From contig OZ024740.1 of the NCBI GenBank assembly GCA_964016885.1, forward strand, positions 322,710,001 through 322,774,000: 64,000 nt of DNA, in the 5' to 3' direction. The translations under genes and the position numbers were made by a program. The notes beneath the pieces were generated by a model. That model saw only the letters and a list, made by a program, of their open reading frames with translations, was not told the origin of the DNA and searched no databases. Position 1 is the first letter of the stretch, and the number at the start of each line of letters is the position of its first letter. This document shows positions 53,736 through 64,000 of this stretch, in pieces. The DNA comes from Eledone cirrhosa (taxonomy: Eukaryota).

Positions 53736-56700
53736 ACCTATGACGATTTGATATAGAGTCACCTATGACGATTTGATAATCAGAGAACTTAGAAAAAGCT
53801 ACAAAAAAAAACTACACGGGCCAACCTGGATTTAATCAACACGGAGGCCAATAGCGTCATGACTAAACTGGGTATTGAAGGTAAAACCGAACCCTTCTAT
53901 CCTAGAACTCCGAGGATTTTGTTGAAAGACCACAAATTAAACTTTAAATCATCAAGACCTGTCAGGCTGATAGCCCCTTCGAAGTCGCACATAGGAATCG
54001 TGAGTAAAAACATCCTTGATAAAATAATCCCCACTCTAGTTAGGAGATCGAAGCTTAAATTATGGCCAGGAACTAGTGAGGTAATTAACTGGTTTGAGAA
54101 ATCGCAGAATAAGAATAGCACTAAGTTTATACAGTTCGATATCTCTAATTACTACTCTTCGATCTCTCCAACTCTTCTAGGTAGGGCCCTAAACTTTGCT
54201 AGCTTACACACCGACCTTACATCTGAAGAAATTAACATTATTCTCCTAGCTAGGAAAACCTTAACTGAGTTCAACGGTGACTTGTAAACCAGGAAGGATT
54301 GGCCGGACAATTTCGACATCACCATGGGATCCACGGACTCGGCCCAGGTGACGGATCTGGTGGGCCTTTACTTCCCCGACTGTCTCGGAGTGGAAATGCC
54401 TCACTTGGGAGGTGGCGCTTACCGTGACGACGTTTTGTTCACTGTGTCGTTCCATAATAATAGTATGGTAGAGAGGGTGAGGAAAAGACTAAGCAAATTC
54501 TTCAAGAACGTAGACCTAAGTATAGTATTTGAAGAGAACTTAAAGATAGTTAATTTTCTAGATGTTACACTTAACCCCAATTCAGGACTCTTCCAACCCT
54601 ACCACAAACCCAACGAGAATTTAAACTATGTCAACGCAAAATCGAACCACCCTAGAATAGTCACTAACGGTATTACCAAAAGCGTCTCTAGTAGAATTTC
54701 AGGACTATCTTCCAATGAAGATACCTTTAATAGGATTTCGAATTACTATAATAGCGCCCTGGAACGCGCGGGGCATAGTGAGAGAATATCATTCAAACGT
54801 CCATTAAATAGTAGTAGCAACATTGCCTGCGATAGCTTAGGCCAAAATAGTGACACTTTAGTTAACAGCAGGCGGGATACGAGGGAGGATCAATATAGAC
54901 TTCATGTTGTATTGCCTCCTAGTCCCAATGTTGATGGTACCAATGGAAACAATCACCCAGGTACTAACACGGGGTCTGAGCACCGTAATGCCAGCGGAAA
55001 CTCTAATTGTAACCTTAATTGTAGAACTGATAAAACAACTGTTGAACGTAAAATGGAACGAGGGTCGAGTAAAGGGAATAGGGATAAATGTAGTAGACGC
55101 ATAGTGGATATAACCCCGGATATCGAGGGTAATCCCAATGGCTGCACGGAGGGTACACCGCCCCGGAGACTTGGGACGATTCCGAACACAATCGGGACAC
55201 CCAGGACACCATCGACCCACAGGCAGTTTTCAGTTATAATAGACCAGTAGCTACTAAGGAGACAGGTAACTCTAATATAGTTAGTAAAAACAAGAGGCAT
55301 CGGACCAGAAAAATCCTGTAGTATAACCCCCTTACTCCACTGGCCTGACCACTAGTATAGCTAAGCTTTTCTTTAGGGCCTTAGACAAATGCTTCCCTAG
55401 ATCACACAGATACTATAAAATATTCAATAGGAATACCATCAAGCAGTCCTACTCCACAACCAGTAACATAGCTCAGAATATAGCTAAGATGAATTTTAGT
55501 AGAAATAGGACAGCCCAAGGGGGGGGGGGGTACTAGACATGGCAGAACTAATGGCAGCTCTATGGATGAACGGACTCATACACGTGAGGCGAGTCGGGTC
55601 ACCTCAACCCCTGGGAACTTACCCATAGAGCAGACAAGAACTAAGACCCGACCCCAAAGGTACCGTGGTTCCTCTGGAACTACCCAGGTCGATAACAGAA
55701 ATGTAATTGCAGGAACATCGCCACTTACCCCATGGCTGGGAAATGCCTCACCAAAAATATAGTCTACGACTCTAAGGTATCCATTCTTGATAGAACCTTC
55801 AGGTATGTTGGGACAACTGCCACTGAATTTAAGGATTGATGGTATAATCACAGCTATACCATTAATAGATTAGATAAAAAAAATAGCACGGCGCTTTCTG
55901 AATTAGTCTGGAAGCTTAAACAACAGAATTTAGAGCACTCCTTATCCTGGTCCATAATTTGCTCAGCCCAGCCTTATAACGGCAGCACTGGCGTCTGTAA
56001 TTTATGTATAGCTGAAACCTTTAATATTATTAGAGGCGGCCCCCTATTAATTAATAGGGGAGCGGATTTTTTCAGCAACTGCCAACATAGAACCTCGAAA
56101 ACCTTCCGCAGGATTTTTGGAAAGTAACCTACCACTAACTCCTCCCTCTCTATTTTAGCCATAGAGTTCTCTCAATAAACAGACAATCACACACTCAGGT
56201 AGTTAGACAGTTAAGATCGTTTGCGCACTTACAAACGGTAATCGGCCTGTTTTCACAGAGTTCTCACAGCTGAGTGCACTTTAGAATACCTAGTTAGTAA
56301 ATAGTTAGAATGATTACACACTCAGAATACCTAGTTAGTAAATAGTTAAAATGATTACACACTCAGGCAAGACCGATTACGCGCATTTACCTTTACTTTA
56401 AGATACCCTAACCATTGAGTTCTCTCGGTTGGGATATAGCTAGACGTATTGCACACTCAGTTAGGACCAATTACGCTCTCTATACATAACTCTACACACA
56501 GTACCCGTTTTCTTTAGACATTGAGTTCCCACAGTTATGACTGTTCACGTTCCTACCGATTGAACACTACAATAGGTTTTGATTCGTGATCATCTAACTA
56601 TGGAGTGCTCACGGTTACGGATTGAACAATAATACTTACACACCATTAATGGGCCTACACACATCCTATGAGTTTTGCTATCCTTTGTTATTTTATTTTA

Positions 56701-57713
56701 CTTTACTTTTTGTGTTGGATAACACACCTCCACCACTCAAACACCTATCTTAAAAGCCCAAGGGCCCATATGACGGGAAATAGAACTTACTGACACCTTA
56801 ACCCAAATACCCAACCCTACACGGAGCCCCTTGCTGGCCTACATAGCGGTTGCTTGCACTCACAGATTTGGGGACTCGGATTCTCAATGGGACAGCGGTA
56901 CATACTGAGTTCGATATGAGCTGATTGCTTGCTTTTCACATGGATGTGTATGTACCTAGACATACACTTTTTTGGACGATACGGATGTGTATATACCATA
57001 ACATACACTATTTGGAGATACGGATGTTACAATTCAAGCTATACACGTATAGCAGAACACTGAACTGAACTTACTTGCTTGTGTGTAGGGCTGTGGTTGA
57101 CCTAATATTTCCAATTTACACCGTCAAATTGAGATTTACCAATGTAGCATTTGTTGTTTTGTAAATTAACTTTCGATGAATGTTATGTTGGTATATTATA
57201 TTTATTATTTTCTCTTTGTCATCGCTTCCGTGTGTGTGAGAGTGTGTGTGTACCCACTCACACTAATTGTGACCGTCTATAGTTCTACAGATTTGATACT
57301 GTGTTGGTGTGTGTATATATATTTTTTCTTTGACCTCGAATCGGTGTGTGTGGGTGTTGAGTGTGTGTGTACCCACTCACATTGACTGTGACCGACGGGT
57401 TTCTACAGATTTGATTGATGTCCAGCGTCTTTTGCAGCTATTGGGATATAGACAGTTGATAGTTTTATGACCTTAACTGAAGGTGATAGCAGTCGCCGTA
57501 TTTTTGACTGCTTGATCTTCATATGAGGGAATAAACTCTGTGAGTGAACATTGCTAATTTTCTCCCTCATATCAAGAATTTGAAGACAATTCGTTTTCAC
57601 CTGACGAGATCAGTGATAATTGATCATGGCTTCACGATCGATCTATCTCTTATTGAAACATGTGTCCTGATTAAAATGATTGGAAATTTTACTTTGCCTT
57701 CGGATTTTTAATT

Positions 57714-57716
<3 letters not shown>
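53734..57716 (+). mobile_element. Penelope-like element 2, 5'-truncated, in (TA)n
   Basis: LKDHK..RLIAPSKS, FIQFDI..YYSSI, ITMGS.DSA, YRDD, NFLDVTL, SNHP, CNCR..KC, IVY..YVG, CNLC..E, CQH; 1.6-kb 3'UTR with HHR; (TA)n on both sides. Confidence 0.93.
57597..57670 (+). ncRNA. Hammerhead-like motif at the 3' end of PLE2
   Basis: UCAc-CUGACGA-[long stem II region]-GAAACAUGUGUC-cUGA; the first pair of stem I is mismatched. Confidence 0.6.
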
Positions 57717-57785
<69 letters not shown>

Positions 57786-57924
57786 GAGTTAAACAAGATT
57801 CAATGAGTATATCAAAGAATGAGTTTTACAGTAGATTTTAATATATATATATACAAAAGAAAATTTCGCTCTACATGGCTGAATACAATAAATGTAATCT
57901 GAGTTTTTCGAATATTAATAATAA

Positions 57925-58112
57925 GGGCGGTGGATTAGCAGTATCGGTAGAGAGTCGGACGCCATGCTTTGCAGAAAAGAGTTACGGCCCTTTATGATCT
58001 GAGTTCAAATCCCGCCGAGGTTAACTTTGCCTTTCATCTTTATGGGGTTAATAAAATAAAGTACCAGTAATACCCTGGAATAATTTCTGGCCTTGTGCCA
58101 AAAGTAGAAACA
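57925..58112 (+). mobile_element. Full-length SINE family A with 11-bp TSD
   Basis: ATTAATAATAA at 57914-57924 and 58113-58123. Confidence 0.93.
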
Positions 58113-58347
58113 ATTAATAATAACATTCGATTCGTTTGCAATTTTGCAAACAAGCCTCAATTTTATAGCCATGTCAGTAGAATGAACCCTTCATTCTTGC
58201 TCTTGTGTTGGCATGCGAGGAGAACTGCAGGCACTAATGTTCTGGGTTTCAGTACAGTAATGTTTCTTCATCAGTACAGCTCACTATTCACCTGCCAAAC
58301 TGTCAGAGCCAGTGAAAATATATGCTATTTTCAAAAATACACAGTGA

Positions 58348-58446
58348 CTGATCGGCCTGATTTGCATATTAGCAGACTGGCTGATCAGTTAGATCTGCAT
58401 ATTAGCAGATCCACTGATGAGCCAGATTTGTATATCAGCAGACTGG
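58348..58446. repeat. 3 x 33-bp tandem repeat with an octamer-like motif
   Basis: Units start at 58348, 58381 and 58414, with ATTTGCAT, ATCTGCAT and ATTTGTAT. Confidence 0.8.
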
Positions 58447-58496
58447 CCAGTAAGTTTCCTAAACAACAAAGCAGACAACTATATTAGTTTAACGCT

Positions 58497-58612
<116 letters not shown>

Positions 58613-58623
58613 CACACACACAC

Positions 58624-58920
<297 letters not shown>

Positions 58921-58945
58921 CATATATATATATACACATATATAC

Positions 58946-58977
<32 letters not shown>

Positions 58978-59117
58978 TCATATATATATATATATATGAA
59001 TAAGAGCTAGAACATAAACCGTGACAACAATGACAAAAGCACAACATAGGGACACAGCACAAAACGACATAAACGAGGAGGACCATTCTTTGTGTGTAGA
59101 TATTTATGGAGTCTTAC

Positions 59118-59165
59118 CATAATAGCATGTTAAGGGTCAGAAACTGCTGAGAGGCGAAGTATATT
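59118..59165 (-). other. Candidate 48-nt exon
   Basis: (TTC)n-cgccAG| acceptor and TG|GTAAGA donor; open as IYFASQQFLTLNMLL. Confidence 0.4.
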
Positions 59166-60181
59166 CTGGCGGAAGAAGAAGAAGAAGAAGAAGAAGAAGA
59201 AGAAGAAGAAGAAGAAGAAGAAGAAGAAGAAGAAGAAGAAGAGAAAAGAAGAAAAGAAGAAAAAGCAGAAAAAGCAGAAAAAAGAAGAGAAGAAAAAAGA
59301 ACAAAAAGAAAAATATGAAGAAGAAAAAAGAAGTAGAAGAAGTAAAGAAGAAAAAAAGAAGACATGTTTGTGATAAAGTTTTGTCAATATGTGTTTACAA
59401 TACCACAATGCCAATAAGAAAGAGAGGAACATAAACGAAAGAGAAAAACAGGAAAGAAAGAAAATAACAATAAAGAGACGAGGATGAGAGAGAGATGACG
59501 AAGGTGTAAACTGAACACCCTAGACGGGACTGTATATATCAGCTGCGGACAAGATAACGAAAGTGATGTTGGAGAGAAGAGCCGAGAACATATATTATAT
59601 AATAACATTTTGTTAATGTTATATAATATATGAGGTCGCCATGACAGTTCAGATGTCATTAGAAATTGCGAAAAATTTACAATAGTAACATATTTTAATA
59701 TATATCATTTGTGTATTTGCGTGTTGTTCAGAACAAGAGACGCTGATCTTCGAAGACTGCTTCGTTAATATGTATATCATGATTGGGCTGCTTTTGTACT
59801 GTTGAAAGAGACTATTTCATCACGACTCTATTATACGATGTTTACAATGTCTCTGTGTGTTCAATAAAGGTCGTGCTGGTGACCTGGTGTGATGTGTTCA
59901 GTTAGCTTGTATGTAGGTTTTAGGAAGAGAGAATGGAGGGTTGTATTAGCGGCGTCGCTGTGTGATTTGATTTGTTAGAAATATATATAAATGTGAGTGT
60001 ATATATATATATATATATATACATTATACATATGTCTATAGATACATATAGACGTATACGTATACGCACACAAACTGCCCCCTCACACAAATGTATATCA
60101 CCACACAAATATATTATATATATATATATCATTGTCTATATTGTAAAAGAAGAGCTGTTTTGCGTCTGTCTCTCCGTCACA

Positions 60182-60296
<115 letters not shown>

Positions 60297-60347
60297 TTTT
60301 TCGGGGGTTGTTTGTGTATGTGTGTATTTCTGAATACTATAATTGTT

Positions 60348-60520
60348 TCGGTAGAGGATCGGGCGCTCTGCTTTGCAGCATAGAGTTACGGTCCTTTACC
60401 GTCTCAGTTCAAATCCCGCCGAGATTAACTTTGCCTTTCATCCTTACGGTGTCGATAAATCAACTTACCAGTAATGTACTGGGATAATTGTTGGCCTTGT
60501 GCCAAAAGTAGAAACAATTA
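60348..60520 (+). mobile_element. SINE family A, 5'-truncated
   Basis: B-box and shared body. Confidence 0.88.
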
Positions 60521-60653
60521 TTATAGGATATATATAAAATGAACACACACACACACACACACACATATATATCGGTTCATTTTCATCGGCTCAGTTTGAA
60601 CAAGCTGGTCCACACGACTAACGGAACGTACAAACCTGGTATGGCGCCATTGC

Positions 60654-60733
60654 ATTGGGTCGTCAAGTATGAAATTTATAGAAATTTGTTTTTTTCTACA
60701 AATTTCTACAAATTTCATACTTGACCACCCAAT
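60654..60733. repeat. 36-bp-arm inverted repeat
   Basis: ATTGGGTCGTCAAGTATGAAATTTATAGAAATTTGT and its near-perfect inverse. Confidence 0.85.
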
Positions 60734-60827
60734 AGTAACTGGCCTTTATAATTATTTTCAAATTCTCCTTACGGACTTCAGTTGCTCTCTGACTTGGGTA
60801 TTTTTGCCTACATATTACTATTACATT

Positions 60828-60900
<73 letters not shown>

Positions 60901-60906
<6 letters not shown>

Positions 60907-61045
60907 TAAAAGGAAAAGAAAATGCTGACAAATTGTTCCCAGTGAAGAAAAAGTGAAAAATATTTTTCACTGGGAACAATTTGTCAGCATTTTCTTTTCC
61001 TTTTACCAATATATCATAACTCGTGTGTTACACCTCTATTCTTTT
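60901..61045 (+). mobile_element. Fold-back mini-element in (TA)n
   Basis: Perfect 46-bp arms (60901-60946 and 60966-61011) plus an ~30-nt tail; GGAACAAUUUGUC-AGCA resembles an HHR 3' half. Confidence 0.8.
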
Positions 61046-61398
61046 ATATATATATATATATATTTATAGTTAGATATTCCAAGTTAGATACATATATATT
61101 CTATAATAGTACAGAGTTATTGTTAAATTTACAAACACCGCCAGGAATGGTATTACCTTGTCTCCTATGATTTGTAGCGACTATAGATAAACATATTTAG
61201 TGGGGGAAGTAGTGTAGATTACAGCCCAGTTTAATTAAATATATGTTAGAACTTTAGCTGTGTTATACAATATCTAATCTGGCACACTGCCACAATAAAC
61301 TATTGTAGTTTCTTTTGTCTTCAACATGAAAAGATGAAAATAGTTCACCAAACTATATTGGAAACACTCATTTTTTTTTTAAATTCTTGTTTCATTTT

Positions 61399-61473
<75 letters not shown>

Positions 61474-61571
61474 AGTGTGTGTGAGTGTGTGTGTGTGTAT
61501 ATATTTCATACATATATGTGTGTATATGTGTGCGTGCATGTTTATGTAGGTTTGTGTGTCTGTCTGTGAGG

Positions 61572-61638
<67 letters not shown>

Positions 61639-61678
61639 GTATATATATATATATATACATGTATATATATATATATAT

Positions 61679-61743
<65 letters not shown>

Positions 61744-61757
61744 TATGTATGTGTGTG

Positions 61758-61796
<39 letters not shown>

Positions 61797-62039
61797 ACAC
61801 ACATATATATACATGTATATTGCTATTTCATTTTTTATCGATTCTGATAAACGTCTAAATTTTGTAAAGGAAATAGAAGATAAAATGTGGCTAATAATAA
61901 TGATAACAACAATAACAACAATAACATGAATAATAACAACAACTAATAATAATAATTATTATAATAAAGCCAATCGAGTGGATATTATAAATGTCTTCTA
62001 ATTGATTTATAAACCCCGACAGAACTCAATATATATATA

Positions 62040-62240
62040 CCAAGGAAATGGAGAATCTATCCAAATATAAAGATCTAGAGATAGACATAACCGAATGTGG
62101 AAGATGAAAAGAAAAACAATTTCTATTGTAATAGATGCTCTGGGAATGACAAAAAAAGACACAAACAGATACGTAATCAAAACGCCAAGACTCATAAATA
62201 AATAAAACATACACAAAATATTCACACAAGGCACTGCGTT
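62040..62240 (+). pseudogene. RLE endonuclease C-terminal remnant (R4-like, different family)
   Basis: KYKDLEIDI...TISIVIDALG. Confidence 0.55.
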
Positions 62241-62974
62241 TAGTTGAAGTTATAAGCGACTAAGGTCTGGGGAGCGAAAATCGAACAGCCACCTGTTTTA
62301 GAAGAAAGACGCGACAAATCACCCCAGCCTGGTAGCTCTGACAAAGAAAACTGTATAGTGGACTCAAGCTAAAACGATTGAACACAGGAATATTTCTGAC
62401 AAACCAAGCCCTCATCAACCTCTTCAAGTTCCACATACAGAGGAAGGTTGGGGTAGAGAGAGGGAGAGGTGTTGCCTTTTATGAAAGATGAGTGTGAATG
62501 GCGAGATAGACGAGGTTTAATGGATCCTCTTTGTTTATGCAAGATTAAAGAGACCCAAAGAAATCATTTTCAATGCTCATGGGACAATAGAGGAATCCAG
62601 CATTTTGTGTGGGGTTCTCCCAGTTTTAACTATTGATTTTTATTCTGTGTTATCCCCTTTCCTTTACCTTATGTAAACCTTACTCTATGTCATTTTTACT
62701 CTTGTATTGTCCTCAATTATTTTGGTCTTTTTGACTAATAAAAGAAATTGTTATTATTACTCATGTTTGTTTATCAACGAGTTCGAGTTATTAAGTCATT
62801 AAGTTTGTTGTTTTTCATCTGTTATCAAAGCATTGCATTATTTGATTTTTTTGTTACAAGGACTAGACAGGGCGCCATACTTTACCATCAAAATGGCGAC
62901 TCCACAATATTTGGGTCGTTGGCCTAATTATTGTATATTTATTTCCAAATCAGACGTCTTAATTAAAAACAAAT

Positions 62975-63153
62975 AATTATTTCTACTTTTGGCACAAGGC
63001 CAGCAATTATCCCAGTCCATTACTGGTACTTTATTTCATCGACTCCGTAAGGATGAAAGGCAAAGTTAACCTCGGCGGGATTTGAACTCAGACCATAAAA
63101 GGCCGTACCTCTTTGCTGCAAAGCATGGCGTCCGACCATCTACCGATACTGCC
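62975..63153 (-). mobile_element. SINE family A
   Basis: Reverse-complement A and B boxes and shared body. Confidence 0.9.
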
Positions 63154-64000
63154 AATAAACAAATAATGGAGGTGAAAAGCACCCTCACATCCACAAAATG
63201 GAATAGCCACAATCTGCAAGAGTTAAGCATCGTCGATAATGCCTCAGACGTGAGCGAGAGTCGAAAGGTGAAGAGTGCCAAAGACCCCCCTCCCCACTAT
63301 CCCCATTGCCACCACTACTATACCACAAACAAAGCTGCAGTCGCCGTAACCACCAACAACAGAAACAAAAAATGAAACATAAAGAGTCAACCTATCAACC
63401 AGCTAACCAACCAACGAGTCAAATAACCACTAAGTTAGCCAGCTAGCCAGCAAGCCAACCAGTCAACCAGCGAACAATAACTCGGTTTCAAAGCAGACTA
63501 AAACCGCAGCCGGCAAAACAGAAAAATATTCTCATCCAATCAGCTGCTTTCTTCGTGGGTGCGACAAAGAATTTAGAGAAAATAATTCTCAAAGAGGAGG
63601 AAATAAGAGAGGCAAAGTAGATGTTGGAAAAAGGCTACAAAGTGATCCTCAAACCACCATTCATGGTAATGAAATGACACAGCATTGTACGGTGACATAC
63701 CACACAACTGGAGCTAAGTCACACAGGGTGAAGCGGGCTACAGAAGCCAAAATCCCCAAAAGGTTTGAGGTGGGAATAGGGACGTGAAACTCATATTAAT
63801 AAAGACAAAAGTTTTGGACAATGAATGTAATGTTTGCAAGAGGCCATATCACACTCCATAGCAAAACTCAAGAGTGACGAGTTTATTCTGGTGCCCTCTT
63901 ATCGTGACTAATGATTGGGGAAAGTCACGGTAACCAAGGTCTCACACACAGTAGCCACTCCTTGGGTAGAGGTAACTGTCTTCCCTACGTCGAGGTCAAA

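Overview
AT-rich, microsatellite-saturated animal genomic DNA, almost entirely non-coding. The SINE families and the (TA)n/(CATA)n/(GA)n load suggest an octopus or other coleoid cephalopod (inference). No host gene can be identified; there are only a few candidate minus-strand exons. Nearly all ORFs in the supplied track are translations of simple repeats. Recognisable content: two decayed RLE-type (R4/Dong-like) LINEs in (CATA)n; two Penelope-like elements (PLEs) with RT, a CxCx5C linker and a C-terminal GIY-YIG; RTE fragments and a bipartite RTE-derived non-autonomous element; about 15 tRNA-derived SINEs; and several minisatellites. The most interesting signal is a dense set of hammerhead ribozyme (HHR) motifs, about 10 complete or degenerate. 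With them come small fold-back elements in (TA)n whose inversion point lies inside the ribozyme, a covarying stem-loop in their tails, a stem-II-less minizyme-like HHR, and a nested HHR-bearing element with a 15-bp TSD that resembles a retrozyme. All structures were paired by eye; nothing was computed.
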